DNA of 63,467 nt, filler included, from Myxococcota bacterium (GTDB lineage Bacteria > Myxococcota > Myxococcia > Myxococcales > Myxococcaceae), in NCBI GenBank assembly GCA_049322255.1. It is 3 parts of 3 records of this genome, joined end to end, with 100 filler letters (N's around TTAATTAATTAA, not from the genome) between each part and the next. Parts side by side here need not be neighbours in the genome. Positions count along the whole stretch, not along the records: positions 1 to 27,084 come from JBMORE010000050.1; 2 more parts are not named here. One strand, given 5' to 3'. The translations under genes were made by a program, and so were the position numbers. The notes under the pieces are model-generated. The model was not told the origin of the DNA and did no database searches. It worked only from the letters and a program-made list of their open reading frames with translations. Below, in pieces: positions 1 through 10,593 of the stretch. Every line of letters starts with the position of its first letter. Position 1 is the first letter of the stretch.

Positions 1-920
1 GTCGCGGCGATGTTCTGCAGCGCCTCGCGGGTCAAGAACGCCTGATGCGAGGTGATGAGCACGTTGGGAAAGGTGAGCAGCCGTGCCAGCACGTCGTCTT
101 GCAGCACCTCGCCGGAGAGGTCGCGGAAGAAGATGCCTTCCTCTTCCTCGTAGACGTCGAGGCCCGCCGAGCCGACGTGGCCGGCCTTGAGCGCCTGGAT
201 GAGCGCGCGGCTGTCGATCAACGCGCCGCGGCCGGTGTTGATGAGCATCACCCCCGCTTTCATCTGCGCGAGCGCTGAAGCGTCGACGAGGTGACGCGTC
301 TTCGGGGTGAGCGGCACGTGCAGGCTGATGATGTCGCTTTGGGCGTACAGCTCGCTCAGCGGCACGTAGCTCACGTCGAGCTCTCGGCGCGGCGCGATGT
401 CGAACGCCAGCACCCGGCAGCCAAAGCCGCGGAAGATACGGGCGGCGACCGAGCCGATCTTCCCCGTTCCCACCACGCCCACCGTCTTGCCGTGCAAGTC
501 GAAGCCGACCAGCCCGTCGAGGGAAAAGTTGCCCTCGCGCACCCGGGCATAGGCGCGATGAATTTTCCGGTTGAGCGCGAGCACCAGCGCCACCGCGTGC
601 TCGGCCACGGCATGCGGCGAGTACTCCGGCACCCGGGCCACCTGCATGCCCAGCCGCTCTGCCACGTGGAGATCGACGTGGTTGAAGCCGGCCGAGCGCA
701 GCGCCAAGAGCTTCGTCCCCCCTCGGGAGAGCGCTTCGAGCGTTGGCTGGTCGCACCGATCGTTGACGAAGGCACAAACCGCCGGGAACCCCGCCGCCAA
801 CGGCGCGGTGCGTGCATCGAGGCGCGCCTCGAAGAAATGCAGCTCGTGACCGAAGCGGGCGTTGGCCTGTGCGAAGGCCTCGCGCTCGAAGCGGTGAGTG
901 TCGAAGAGAGCAAGTCGCAT
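1..920 (-). CDS. ldhA: D-lactate dehydrogenase / 2-hydroxyacid dehydrogenase (3' end runs off window)
   Basis: Manual translation from ATG at 920: MRLALFDTHRFEREAF...VCAFVND...LALRSAGFNHVD...VPEYSPHAVAEHA...GVVGTGKIG...LINTGRG...LDVYEEE; AGGAG RBS. Absent from the ORF track because it lacks a stop inside the window. Confidence 0.9.
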   Translation of the reverse strand, partial: MRLALFDTHRFEREAFAQANARFGHELHFFEARLDARTAPLAAGFPAVCAFVNDRCDQPTLEALSRGGTKLLALRSAGFNHVDLHVAERLGMQVARVPEYSPHAVAEHAVALVLALNRKIHRAYARVREGNFSLDGLVGFDLHGKTVGVVGTGKIGSVAARIFRGFGCRVLAFDIAPRRELDVSYVPLSELYAQSDIISLHVPLTPKTRHLVDASALAQMKAGVMLINTGRGALIDSRALIQALKAGHVGSAGLDVYEEEEGIFFRDLSGEVLQDDVLARLLTFPNVLITSHQAFLTREALQNIAA

Positions 921-961
921 GGGTTCTCCTGTTGCCAGCCTCGTGCCGCTTGGCACTGTCT

Positions 962-977
962 TGGAACGGAGCCTGCA
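962..977 (+). promoter_or_regulatory. sigma54 -24/-12 promoter upstream of ppsA
   Basis: TGGAACGGAGCCTGCA, GG-N10-GC spacing, about 40 nt before the ppsA ATG. Confidence 0.55.
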
Positions 978-1015
978 AAGAACGTTGAGCCAAGAACGCT
1001 CGCACGGAGGACCAG

Positions 1016-3268
1016 ATGACGGGATACATCGCGTGGTTCGATCAGCTGTCGCGCCAAGAAGTCGCCCAGGCCGGGGGTAAAGGCGCGAATCTGGGAGAGC
1101 TGGCCGGTGCCGGCCTTCCGGTGCCTCCGGGCTTCGTCATCACCGCTCGTGCATTTCTTGCGGCGCTCGATGCCAGCGGGGTGCGTGCCAAGCTGCGCGA
1201 GCTTTTCGCCGCGGTGGATCCAGACGATGCCCAGGACTTGGCCCGTGCCTCTTTGGAAATGCGGCGGCTGGTGAGCGCATCGACGATGCCCGCCGACGTG
1301 CGCGCCGACCTCCTACGCGCGTACCGGGAGCTGGGCGCTCAGGCCTACGTGGCGGTGCGCTCCTCGGCCACCTCGGAGGACGCCGCGGGTACCTCCTTCG
1401 CCGGCATGCACGAAACCTTCACCAACGTCCTCGGAGAGGAGGCGCTGGTGCAGAAGGTGATCGCCTGCTGGGCGTCGGCCTACGGGCAGCGGGTCGTCGC
1501 CTACCGCAAGTCGCAGAAGATGACCGAGGAGCCGACCATCGCCGTGGTGGTGCAGCGCATGGTGAGCTCGACGCGCGCGGGGGTCATTTTCACCGCCGAC
1601 CCGGCGACCGGCGACACCTCGCGCATCGTCATCGAGGCCGCCTTCGGCTTGGGCGAAGTGGTGGTCGGGGGCCAGGTGGAGCCGGACACGTACACGGTGG
1701 CGAAGCAGGGACCGCGGCTGCTCGAGGCGCGGATCGGACGCAAGGCCTTCAAAGTCGTTCGCGGCCCAGAGGGGCGGGAGCACAAGTTCGAGCTCTCCGA
1801 GGCCGAGGCAACCAGGCGCGTGCTCTCCGACGAGGAGGTGCTCCTGCTCGCCAAGCTGGCGGAGAAAGTCGAAGAGCACTACGGCGCGCCGCAAGACATC
1901 GAGTGGGCGGAGGAGGGCGGCACGTGGTTCTTGGTGCAGACCCGGCCGATCACCACGCTCGCAGGTCCGCGCGAGGGCGAGGTGCTGGTGAGTGGGCTGG
2001 GCGCCTCACCGGGCATCGCCTCGGGCAAGGCACGGCGGCTGAAGACGCCCGAGGAGAGCGCTCAGCTGCAAAGAGGCGAGGTGCTGGTGGCGCCGATGAC
2101 TTCCCCCGACTGGGTGCCGGCGATTCGGCGCGCGGCGGCGCTGGTGACCGACAGCGGCGGCATGACCTGCCACGCGGCGATCGTCAGCCGCGAGCTGGGC
2201 ATTCCCTGTGTGGTGGGCACGCGCAACGCCACCCAAATCTTGCGCGACGGCGAGCTGGTGACCGTCGATGGCGCCAAGGGAAAGGTGACGGCGGGCGCGG
2301 CGGCGAAGGCGGTCGTCGCGGTGGAGCCTGCGCGTGTGCCCCTCGCCGCCGTCGAGGTGCCGCTGGGCACCCGGCTGTACGTCAACTTGGCGATCGCCGA
2401 GCAGGCCGACAGCGTGGCGGCGCTCCCGGTGGACGGAGTGGGGCTCTTACGCGCCGAGTTCATGATCACCGACGCCTTGGGAGGCAAGCACCCCAAGGAG
2501 CTCATCGCCTCGGGTGGGCGCGCCGAGCTCATCGAGAAGATGAGCGCCTCGCTCTTGCGCATCACCCGCGCCTTCGCCCCGCGGCCGGTGGTGTACCGGA
2601 CGTACGACTTTCGCACCAACGAGTTTCGCGGGCTGCAAGGGGGCGCCAAGCACGAGCCGGTGGAGGAGAACCCGATGATCGGCTACCGGGGGTGCTTTCG
2701 CTACGTGAAGGACCCCGAGCTCTTCTTGCTCGAGCTGGAGACGCTCGCGCGCGTGCGTGAGGAGACGCCCAACCTGCACCTGATGATTCCCTTCGTTCGC
2801 ACCCGGTGGGAGCTGGAGGTGTGCTTGGAGATGATCGACCAAAGCCCGCTGGGTAGGCAGCGTGGCCTGCACCGTTGGGTGATGGCCGAGGTCCCTTCGG
2901 CGCCCTACTGGATTCCCGAGTACGCGAAGCTGGGCATCGACGGCGTGTCGATTGGCTCGAACGACCTCACCCAGCTGATGCTGGGCGTCGACCGCGACTC
3001 GGGCATCTGCGCCGAGCTGTTCGACGAGTCGGACCCCGCGGTGCTCGACGCCATCGGTCGGATCATCGCCGCCTGCCGTGCCGTTGGCATCACCTCCTCG
3101 CTGTGTGGACAGGCGCCCTCCAACCGGCCGGAATTCGCCGAGCACTTGGTGCGCATGGGCATCACCTCGATCTCGGTGAACCCCGACGCGGTGCCAGCGG
3201 CGCGAAGAGCCATCGGCGCGGCGGAGCGGCGGCTCTTGCTCGACCGCGCGCTTAGGCACGAACCGTGA
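1016..3268 (+). CDS. ppsA: phosphoenolpyruvate synthase
   Basis: [18 protein letters not shown]...[17 protein letters not shown] (phospho-His), [28 protein letters not shown] motifs. Confidence 0.95.
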   Translation: MTGYIAWFDQLSRQEVAQAGGKGANLGELAGAGLPVPPGFVITARAFLAALDASGVRAKLRELFAAVDPDDAQDLARASLEMRRLVSASTMPADVRADLLRAYRELGAQAYVAVRSSATSEDAAGTSFAGMHETFTNVLGEEALVQKVIACWASAYGQRVVAYRKSQKMTEEPTIAVVVQRMVSSTRAGVIFTADPATGDTSRIVIEAAFGLGEVVVGGQVEPDTYTVAKQGPRLLEARIGRKAFKVVRGPEGREHKFELSEAEATRRVLSDEEVLLLAKLAEKVEEHYGAPQDIEWAEEGGTWFLVQTRPITTLAGPREGEVLVSGLGASPGIASGKARRLKTPEESAQLQRGEVLVAPMTSPDWVPAIRRAAALVTDSGGMTCHAAIVSRELGIPCVVGTRNATQILRDGELVTVDGAKGKVTAGAAAKAVVAVEPARVPLAAVEVPLGTRLYVNLAIAEQADSVAALPVDGVGLLRAEFMITDALGGKHPKELIASGGRAELIEKMSASLLRITRAFAPRPVVYRTYDFRTNEFRGLQGGAKHEPVEENPMIGYRGCFRYVKDPELFLLELETLARVREETPNLHLMIPFVRTRWELEVCLEMIDQSPLGRQRGLHRWVMAEVPSAPYWIPEYAKLGIDGVSIGSNDLTQLMLGVDRDSGICAELFDESDPAVLDAIGRIIAACRAVGITSSLCGQAPSNRPEFAEHLVRMGITSISVNPDAVPAARRAIGAAERRLLLDRALRHEP

Positions 3269-3303
3269 ATAGGGGCTGTTTCGTTCTGACGAAGGAGTCG
3301 ACG

Positions 3304-3726
3304 ATGAAACGAATTCTGGTGGCGGTCGATGGCTCGGAGCCTGCGTACAAGGGCTTGCGCATGGCAGCGGAAATCGCTCGCGGCGCCAAGGCAAGCTTGG
3401 ACCTCATCTATGTGCGCCTGCCGAATCTTTTGCCGGCGCAGGTCTACGCCGAGGTGATTGAGAAGATAGAGCGCGAAGAGCAGAAGCACGCCTCCGAGCT
3501 GCTCGCCAAGGCGGCGGCCGAGGCCAAGGCCTTGGAGGTTCCCGCCGAACAAATCAGCATGGTTGGCTCACCGGCCGAGGCGATCGCCGATGTGGCCGAG
3601 TCCCAGAACGCGTGGATGGTGGTGGTGGGCAGCCGGGGCCGAAACCCAGTGGCGCGGGTTCTTTTGGGAAGCGTCGCCGATCGGGTGGTGCACATCTGCA
3701 AGAAGCCTGTCCTGGTGGTCCGATGA
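3304..3726 (+). CDS. universal stress protein
   Basis: MKRILVAVDGS...VVVGSRG...LGSVADRVVH...PVLVV; AAGGAG RBS. Confidence 0.93.
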   Translation: MKRILVAVDGSEPAYKGLRMAAEIARGAKASLDLIYVRLPNLLPAQVYAEVIEKIEREEQKHASELLAKAAAEAKALEVPAEQISMVGSPAEAIADVAESQNAWMVVVGSRGRNPVARVLLGSVADRVVHICKKPVLVVR

Positions 3727-4028
3727 CACGCAAGATTTTCGAAGCCGGGGAGGCGGGCGCAACGGCTGCGGCGAAGGTGATTCAGCCGGAAGGCGAATTG
3801 AAGCCGAGCGACATTGCCCAACTGGTGACGCTGGCGCTGTGTTACCCGGGGGCGACGGTCGACGTGAGCCGCCTGACGGGGCGGATAGACGAGGCGGTGG
3901 TGGCGCTGGCGAGGGCGGGGGTGCGCACCCGGGGGTGCTCCGCGCATCACGAGCGAATCCTCGACTACTTGGGCTTGCGCAGGACGGCCAGCCGAATCTT
4001 GGGCGACTTCGAGGCGATGCCTGCCTGA
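3723..4028 (+). CDS. hypothetical protein
   Basis: ATGA overlap with the USP stop; MTRKIFEAGEAG..., plausible codon usage. Confidence 0.6.
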   Translation: MTRKIFEAGEAGATAAAKVIQPEGELKPSDIAQLVTLALCYPGATVDVSRLTGRIDEAVVALARAGVRTRGCSAHHERILDYLGLRRTASRILGDFEAMPA

Positions 4029-4065
4029 AGGGACGAGCGGTATTGATGCTGACCGAGGTGACCAG

Positions 4066-4557
4066 ATGAAGCGCAAGGAAACGCCGGGGTTGTGGGCCGC
4101 GGTCGTGGTGCTGGCGGCGGTGGCCGTTGGAGTGCAGGCCGGCGCCGAAGACTCGCCGCTTCAACGATCGCCTCCGCGGCTCGTGGGAGAGCCCTTGGGC
4201 GAGCCCGACTATTTGCCCGAGCCGGCCCGCATGGTGGTGAAGAAGAAGATGGCGCGGCACGGACAGGATGTCTCCGAGCTGCTCTTCGCGGTGACGCTTT
4301 TGCGCTACGACCAGGCAGCGGACGCGGCGATGCGCATCGCCTCCGAGCCGCGGTTCGTTCGCCCCATCGTGGGTGGCGAGGGCGACTTGAACGCCGCGCT
4401 GCCCGAGCGCTTCTTCGTGCTTCAAGACGAGGCCCGCACCCGGGCGCAGGCGTTGGCGAGGGCGGCCAAGGCCAAGGATGATCGTGCGCTGGCGCAGAGC
4501 TTCGGGCGACTGACCGAGACGTGCGTGGGCTGCCACTCTGCCTACCTCAAGCCCTAA
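4066..4557 (+). CDS. exported class II (cytochrome c'-like) c-type cytochrome
   Basis: Signal peptide, helical body, single C-terminal CxxCH (CVGCH). Confidence 0.75.
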   Translation: MKRKETPGLWAAVVVLAAVAVGVQAGAEDSPLQRSPPRLVGEPLGEPDYLPEPARMVVKKKMARHGQDVSELLFAVTLLRYDQAADAAMRIASEPRFVRPIVGGEGDLNAALPERFFVLQDEARTRAQALARAAKAKDDRALAQSFGRLTETCVGCHSAYLKP

Positions 4558-4939
4558 AGCCGCGTTACCGTCTAAGCTCCTCGGCGCTTGAGACGCCCAG
4601 GTGCCGAGGTTGCCGTGGTGGTATTTATGGTCGGCGCCATGCCAGCCATGGTCGCGTGGGTGGGCTATGCAGAGCGTTGCGCCCGAGACGCTGTGGCCTA
4701 GGCGGTGTGTGAAGGCAGCTACGACGAAGGTGTCCTACAGCCACGTCAGTAGCTTCAAATACCTCCAAAGAGTTGGCCGGGGCGGCCGTCGACTCGATGG
4801 CGGTCGCTCAGCGACGAGACTCCGACAGGCTACTCTTTACCCTGAGAGGCCTCAGGAACCGTACCGAACGGGCAGCCGAGTGGTAAACGAAAAGCCGCCG
4901 CTTGAGAAGGGGACTCATCGGTCTTACCATTGAAGTAAG

Positions 4940-5224
4940 ATGAAAGCCGAAACTCAGCTCACCACGAAGGGCCAAGTCGTTATTCCCAAGGCGGTTCGTG
5001 ACCGCATGAAGTGGCGAGCGGGGCTTCGGCTTCAGGTACAAGCGACCGAGGACGGAGCAGTCCTCCTTCGTCCAGATTCCGACGAGACCGCCGGGATCGA
5101 CACCCTGATCGAGCAAGTGTCAGGGTTCATCCACGACATCCAGGGTGACCCGCTTTCTGACCTCGAGGCTGACCACCGAGCGGAGATAGAAGCTGATGAG
5201 CGTTGGCTCCGCAGCCGTCGTTGA
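4940..5224 (+). CDS. AbrB/MazE-family antitoxin (VapB-like)
   Basis: TTKGQVVIPKAVRD AbrB motif; overlaps the PIN gene. Confidence 0.88.
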   Translation: MKAETQLTTKGQVVIPKAVRDRMKWRAGLRLQVQATEDGAVLLRPDSDETAGIDTLIEQVSGFIHDIQGDPLSDLEADHRAEIEADERWLRSRR

Positions 5225-5615
5225 CTCGTGGGCGGCGCTCGCCTTTCTCCTACGTGAGGGCGCCGCCGACGTCACGATGCGCCGCTTCATCAAGCGAGCG
5301 GACGCGGGCAATCTCCGCCTCCTGATGAACTTGGTGAATCTCGGCGAGGTCTATTATCGAATGGCACAGATGGTCGGCGAGGCGACGGCCACTGAAGGGC
5401 TGCGCCGGATACGCAAGCTTCCCATCGAGATGATTCAGGTCCGCGAGCCACTGGTGATGGAGGCGGCCCGGCTCAAGGCTCAGCACCGAATTGCGTATGC
5501 CGATGCGTTCGCGGTGGCGACCGCGCGGCTGGAAAGCGCCGCCGTACTGACGGGTGACCCCGAGATACTCGCGTTGCCCCGCGCGGTGGTGCGCGTCGTC
5601 CGACTCGACCGGTGA
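5196..5615 (+). CDS. PIN-domain toxin (VapC family)
   Basis: VVDSWA, NLGEVYY, YADAFAVATA, LTGD acidic PIN motifs. Confidence 0.9.
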   Translation: MSVGSAAVVDSWAALAFLLREGAADVTMRRFIKRADAGNLRLLMNLVNLGEVYYRMAQMVGEATATEGLRRIRKLPIEMIQVREPLVMEAARLKAQHRIAYADAFAVATARLESAAVLTGDPEILALPRAVVRVVRLDR

Positions 5616-5639
5616 GTCATGATGATCGAGAACCGGCTG

Positions 5640-5873
5640 CGGAAGAATGCGCGCCACGGCACAAGTGGCCGAAGCACAGCGGCCTGTCCGCCTACCGCAT
5701 GTCCCTGCGCGCGGGCGAGTAGCACGCGTGCCGCGGTCGCTTCGGCTGGCTGCTTCTCGACGGGTCCTCGACGGAGGGCGGCCAAAGCCAAAGAGGATCG
5801 CGCGCTGGCGCAGAGCTTCGAGCGGCTCACCGAGTCGTGCGTGGGCTGCCACTCCGCCTAGCTCGGGCCCCAA
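5640..5873 (+). pseudogene. degenerate second copy of the cytochrome c'-like gene
   Basis: 5774-5873 matches 4458-4557 at 87/100 nt (hand count) with a TAC>TAG stop; weaker similarity near 5640 to the KKMARHG codons. Confidence 0.75.
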
Positions 5874-5934
5874 GACGATGTCTGCGGAGACTGGGGAGGG
5901 GCGGTCTGGTGAGCGCCCCCCACCCTGACGCGCC

Positions 5935-6423
5935 TTAGGCCTTGGCCTTGTCCGTGCGCACGGCGATCTTCTTCGGCTGCACCTCGGGCGTCTTGGGGAG
6001 CACCAAGGTGAGCACACCGTCCTTCAAGTCAGCCCGCGCGTGCTCGGCGTCGACGCCGGCGGGCAGGGTGAAGGCGCGGAAGAACGACCCATACGAGCGC
6101 TCGTAGGCGTAGTAAGTCTCGTTCTTCTCCTGCTTCTCCGCCTCACGCTTGCCGCTCACCGTCAACCGTTCGCCGGTGACGTTGATCTCCAGATCTTGCT
6201 CCTTCAGCCCGGGGACGTCGGCCTTGAAGACGTAGCTGTCCTGGGTCTCCTTCACCTCGAACGCCGGGGCGAAGGTGATGTCGGTCTCCTGCCAGGCGGG
6301 CATGCCCAGCTCCTGGAACGGATCGAAACGCATGAGCTCGCGCATGCGGCGGAAGGGGTCCCACTCCGCCAGCCGGCTCGTCAACTGTCCACCATTGCTC
6401 TTACGCACCGTGATGTTCGACAT
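5935..6423 (-). CDS. Hsp20/alpha-crystallin small heat shock protein
   Basis: ADVPG...ERSYGSFFRAFTLP...DGVLTLVLPK. Confidence 0.95.
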   Translation of the reverse strand: MSNITVRKSNGGQLTSRLAEWDPFRRMRELMRFDPFQELGMPAWQETDITFAPAFEVKETQDSYVFKADVPGLKEQDLEINVTGERLTVSGKREAEKQEKNETYYAYERSYGSFFRAFTLPAGVDAEHARADLKDGVLTLVLPKTPEVQPKKIAVRTDKAKA

Positions 6424-6604
6424 GGTTTTTCTCCTGAAGTGAATGGGGTGAAACGAAGCGCCGCCGAAGCAACGGCCGGGCCAGCGCGCCTCTCCGGGCG
6501 AGGGCTAAAGAAGCGCCGCAGCCTTTGCGTTTCACCCACGAGCGAAGCGCAAGCTTTGTCTCCGGCGATGGGCAACGGGCACGGTTCGTGAAGACCTTCC
6601 GTTC

Positions 6605-8716
6605 ATGGAGAGAGCACGACCATCCCTCGACGCCATCTTTCGCCCCCGTTCGGTCGCCGTCGTCGGCGCCTCGCGAAACCCACTCACCGTGGGAGGCGCG
6701 GCCTTCGCCAACCTTTTGCGCGGTGGGTTCCAGGGCCCGGTGTATCCAGTCAATCGCTGCGCCCAGTCGGTGCAGTCGGTACGGGCCTACCCCTGTCTGA
6801 GCGAGCTGCCCGAGGTGCCCCAGCTGGTGGTGGTGGCCGTGCCTTCCCGTCACGTGCTCGAGGTGGTGCGCGAGGCAGCGGGCTTGGGTGTGCAGGGTGC
6901 GATTGTCCTCACCGCGGGCTTTCGCGAAGTGGGCCCCGAAGGGAGCGAGCTCGAGGCGAAGCTGCTCGCGCTGGCGCGCGCGGCGAACATGCGGCTGCTC
7001 GGTCCCAACTGTCTGGGGGCGCAGAACCCCGACCCCGCGGTGCGGCTCGATGCCACCTTCGCCACCACTTTCGCGCCCGACGGAGCCGTGGCCTTCGCTT
7101 CGCAGTCCGGCGCCCTGGGGCTGGCCGCTCTCGACTACGCCGCGCAGATGGGCATCGGCATCTCCGCCTTCGCCAGCTTGGGCAACAAGGCCGACCTCTC
7201 GGGAAACGACCTGCTCGAGCACTGGGAAAACGACCCGCGGACGAAGGTGATTCTTCTCTACCTCGAGTCGTTGGGGAACCCGGCGCGTTTCCGCGAAATC
7301 GCCGCGCGGGTGGGACGAAAAAAGCCCATCGCGCTGGTGAAGAGCGGCCGCTCCGGTTCGGGCGCGCGCGCCGCCGGGTCGCACACCGGAGCGATGGTCG
7401 GCCCCGATCGCGCCATCGGGGCTCTGTGCGAGCAGACGGGAGTCATTCGCGCCGAGACCATCGAAGACCTCTTCGACGTGGCCACCGTGCTCGCCAACCA
7501 GCCGTTGCCCGCGGGCCGACGGGTCGCGGTGGTGACCAACGCCGGGGGTCCGGGCATTCTCGCCGCCGACGCGTTGGAATCGGCCGGCCTCATCGTCCCC
7601 CGCATGTCCGAGGAGACCGAGACGGCCCTGCGGCAGACACTGCGACCGGAGGCCTCGGTCGCCAACCCCATCGACGTGCTCGCCGACACCCCGGCGGACG
7701 TCTATCGGCGTGCGCTGGAGCTGGCGCTCGCCGACCCGCTCATCGAGGCGGTGGTGGCGCTCTATGTGCCGCCGGTCACCCGCGGCGCCCTCGCGGCGGC
7801 ACAGGCGGTGATTTCAGCAGCGCGGGGAGCGACCAAGCCGGTCTTGACCTGCTTCTTGGGCTCTCACGGTGTCTTGGAGGCGCTGGCGGCGCTGCGTGCC
7901 GAGCATGTCCCCAGCTTTCGCTTCCCCGAAGGAGCGGCCCGGGCGCTGGCCCGCGCGGTGTCCTACGCAGAGTGGAAAGACCGCCCAGCGGCGACACCGA
8001 TGCCGGTACCGGCTGCTCCGGCGGCGGCGACCCTTGTGCTGAAGAAGGCGCGCCAACGGTTGGGAGCCCCGGGCGGCTGGCTCGACGCCGCCGAAGCGAT
8101 GGCGTTCGCCGAGGCGTGGGGGCTGCCGATGGTTCCTTACCGACGGGTGGCTCCTACTCTCGAAGCCGCCCAGCGCGCCGCTGCCGAGCTCGGGTTTCCG
8201 GTGGTGCTCAAGGCCGATGCCGAAGGGCTTTTGCACAAGACCGAGGCGGGGGCGGTGGCGCTCTCTCTGACGAGCCCTGAGGCGGTGCGCGCCGCCGCCG
8301 AGAAGATGCGCCCGCTCGAGCCGCGTGCCTTCCTCGTGCAGCGGATGCTCCAAGACGGCGACGAGTGGTTGGTGGGAGCGGTGCGCGACCGTACCTACGG
8401 GCCCCTGGTGGCCGTAGGCGCGGGCGGCACCTGGGCCAATCTCTGGAAAGACACCCATCTTCGCGTGGCGCCCCTGTCCGCCGCCGATGTCGAGGCGCTC
8501 CTTTCGCGGCCGCGCATCGGAAAAACCCTCCACGGTTTTCGTTCGCGCCCTCCCAGCGACGCCGACGCCTTGGCGCGCTTCGTTCGCACGCTCGCCAGCG
8601 CCGCCTGCGCCCACGCCGACGTCGGCGAGGTCGAAGCCAACCCGGTGCTCGTCTTCCCTGCCGGCCGGGGCGTGGTCGCGCTCGATTTTCGAGTGCACCT
8701 GTCCCAAGTGGGCTGA
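6605..8716 (+). CDS. acetate/acyl-CoA ligase (ADP-forming) family, fused CoA-binding + ATP-grasp
   Basis: SVAVVGAS, GPNCLG, SQSGALG, GSHTGA (catalytic His), TNAGGPG, NPID, HKTEAGAV. Confidence 0.9.
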   Translation: MERARPSLDAIFRPRSVAVVGASRNPLTVGGAAFANLLRGGFQGPVYPVNRCAQSVQSVRAYPCLSELPEVPQLVVVAVPSRHVLEVVREAAGLGVQGAIVLTAGFREVGPEGSELEAKLLALARAANMRLLGPNCLGAQNPDPAVRLDATFATTFAPDGAVAFASQSGALGLAALDYAAQMGIGISAFASLGNKADLSGNDLLEHWENDPRTKVILLYLESLGNPARFREIAARVGRKKPIALVKSGRSGSGARAAGSHTGAMVGPDRAIGALCEQTGVIRAETIEDLFDVATVLANQPLPAGRRVAVVTNAGGPGILAADALESAGLIVPRMSEETETALRQTLRPEASVANPIDVLADTPADVYRRALELALADPLIEAVVALYVPPVTRGALAAAQAVISAARGATKPVLTCFLGSHGVLEALAALRAEHVPSFRFPEGAARALARAVSYAEWKDRPAATPMPVPAAPAAATLVLKKARQRLGAPGGWLDAAEAMAFAEAWGLPMVPYRRVAPTLEAAQRAAAELGFPVVLKADAEGLLHKTEAGAVALSLTSPEAVRAAAEKMRPLEPRAFLVQRMLQDGDEWLVGAVRDRTYGPLVAVGAGGTWANLWKDTHLRVAPLSAADVEALLSRPRIGKTLHGFRSRPPSDADALARFVRTLASAACAHADVGEVEANPVLVFPAGRGVVALDFRVHLSQVG

Positions 8717-8744
8717 CGCAATCACTTCGCTTCTGTTTGGTTCT

Positions 8745-8759
8745 GCGCAATTCCTGCGG
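8745..8759. promoter_or_regulatory. GCGCA-N5-TGCGC-like enhancer site
   Basis: GCGCA ATTCC TGCGG upstream of a sigma54-type promoter. Confidence 0.5.
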
Positions 8760-8790
8760 CTGCTCGGAGGTCGCTCGCGGGGGAGATGCC

Positions 8791-8808
8791 TGGGCATTCA
8801 GCGTGCAT
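8791..8808 (+). promoter_or_regulatory. sigma54 -24/-12 promoter for the small peptide-CBS-kinase operon
   Basis: GGGCATTCAGCGTGCA, GG-N10-GC. Confidence 0.5.
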
Positions 8809-8842
8809 CGCTCCTTGGCCCAGAGAGAGAAGGAGAGCGACT

Positions 8843-8944
8843 TTGGAAACGATGCTCTGCGTGGGGCTGTTGCTGTTCGGGCTGGGAAGCGTGTTTTTCG
8901 TCATTGGCTACGGCGGCTGGCCGCGCGGCGGTGAGCGGTCGTGA
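8843..8944 (+). CDS. small (33 aa) single-pass membrane protein
   Basis: TTG start (or ATG 8852) after AAGGAG; (M)ETMLCVGLLLFGLGSVFFVIGYGGWPRGGERS*. Confidence 0.45.
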   Translation: METMLCVGLLLFGLGSVFFVIGYGGWPRGGERS

Positions 8945-8952
8945 AGGAGGCG

Positions 8953-9393
8953 ATGATGTACACGGTGAAGGACCTGATGACGCGTGACCTGGTGACGCTG
9001 AAGGAGAGCGACGACCTCTCCCTCGCCGACACCATCATTCACTTAGGCCGCATCCGTCACCTGCCGGTGGTGGACAGGGGGGGCAAGCTCATCGGGCTGG
9101 TCAGTCAGCGCGACCTGCTGCGCGCCTATGCCCGTCGCGGTGAGGCGATGGCCGGCAGCATGCTGGCGGGGGAGGTGATGACCCGGCGCCTGACCAAGGT
9201 GCTCCCGTCCACTCCCTTGAGGCGGTCGCTCAAGCTGATGCTGCGCAACAAGTTCGGCTGCCTGCCGGTGGTGGACAAGAACGGCAAGCTGGTGGGCATT
9301 CTCACCGAGGGGGACTTGGTGAAGTTCTCCCTCCACATGGTGAGCGAGCTTGACCGCTTCCAAAACCAGGCGCTGCGCGCGGTCAGCGTCTGA
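8953..9393 (+). CDS. CBS-domain pair protein
   Basis: VKDLMT...IRHLPVVD...GCLPVVD...GILTEGD; AAGGAGG RBS. Confidence 0.92.
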   Translation: MMYTVKDLMTRDLVTLKESDDLSLADTIIHLGRIRHLPVVDRGGKLIGLVSQRDLLRAYARRGEAMAGSMLAGEVMTRRLTKVLPSTPLRRSLKLMLRNKFGCLPVVDKNGKLVGILTEGDLVKFSLHMVSELDRFQNQALRAVSV

Positions 9394-9444
9394 CTTTTCA
9401 GAACTGTTGTCGACCCCATCACCGGCCGCTACAAGGCCGCCTGC

Positions 9445-10590
9445 ATGCCCGAGACCTTGTTCGCAGAGCTCAAACGCTATGTTGGCTTCACCGAGAAAGA
9501 CGAAGCGGTGCTGCGCTCGCTCCACCCCGTGGTGTCGCCGCACTTTCAGCACATCGCCGACGTCTTCTACCGCCGTATTCTCGAGCACGAGCAGGCGCGC
9601 ACCGCGCTCACCGAAGGCGAAAGCCAGGTGGGCCGCTTGAAGGTCACGCTCACCCGCTGGATGGACGAGCTCTTCACCGGCCCGTGGGGCGAGGCGTACT
9701 TCGCCAAGCGGGCGGTCATCGGGCGAGTGCACGTGCGTATCGGGTTGCCGCAGCACTACATGTTCGGGGCGATGAACGTGGTGCGCAACGAGCTGGACGG
9801 GGTGCTCGACCAGCACTACGGCGCCCGGCACGGCGAGCTGCTCACGGCCCGAAGCGCCCTGGACAAGCTCCTCGACCTGGAGCTGGCGATCATGCTCCAC
9901 ACCTACCGGGAAGACCTGCTCGCGCAACAAGCGCGCATCGAGCGGCTGTCGACCTTCGGCCAGTTGGTGGGCTCCATCGGCCATGAGCTGAGAAACCCCT
10001 TGGGAGTGATCGAGACCTCCTTGTTCATCTTGAAGGGGAGGGTGAGCTCCGATGAGCGCGCCACCAAGCACCTCGAGCGCATTGGGGACCAAGTGAAGAT
10101 CGCCGGCGACATCATCTCGCAGCTCTTGGACATGATTCGCGATCGTCCGCTCGAGCGGAGCACGGTGTTCCTCCCCACGGTTCTCGCGCAGGCCGCCGAA
10201 TCGGTGAGCCGCCCCGACGGCGTCTCGCTCCAGATGGCCGGTCTGGAGGGCCTGAGCGCGGTCGACGGCGACGAGGGACAGCTGCGACAGGTCTTCGTCA
10301 ATCTTTTCGAGAACGCCGTGCAGGCCTGCGGTTCCTCGGGGGAAGTACGGGTCGAGGGAAGGCAAGGCGATCGCCAGGTCTCGCTCACCGTCTCGGACAC
10401 CGGGCCAGGTGTCGCGGCGTCGATTCGGGCCCGCCTCTTCGAGCCGCTGGTCACCACCAAGCAAAAAGGCATCGGGCTCGGGTTGGCGCTGGTCAAGCGC
10501 ATCATCGAGCGCCATGGAGGCACCATCGCTTACCGCTCGGGGCAGGGCGGAGGTGCGTGCTTCGACATCTGCCTGCCCTCGTCGGGGTGA
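9445..10590 (+). CDS. protoglobin (globin-coupled) sensor histidine kinase, NmpU/GcHK-like
   Basis: N-terminal globin (ELKRYVGF...FY...[10 protein letters not shown]), H-box HELRNPL, N/G boxes NA..A, DTGPG, GIGLGL. Confidence 0.88.
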   Translation: MPETLFAELKRYVGFTEKDEAVLRSLHPVVSPHFQHIADVFYRRILEHEQARTALTEGESQVGRLKVTLTRWMDELFTGPWGEAYFAKRAVIGRVHVRIGLPQHYMFGAMNVVRNELDGVLDQHYGARHGELLTARSALDKLLDLELAIMLHTYREDLLAQQARIERLSTFGQLVGSIGHELRNPLGVIETSLFILKGRVSSDERATKHLERIGDQVKIAGDIISQLLDMIRDRPLERSTVFLPTVLAQAAESVSRPDGVSLQMAGLEGLSAVDGDEGQLRQVFVNLFENAVQACGSSGEVRVEGRQGDRQVSLTVSDTGPGVAASIRARLFEPLVTTKQKGIGLGLALVKRIIERHGGTIAYRSGQGGGACFDICLPSSG

Positions 10591-10593
10591 GTG

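Noticed and set aside
4558..4939. ORFs 4601-4933 and 4521-4712
   Set aside because: No RBS or motifs and atypical composition; probably decayed DNA of the TA islet
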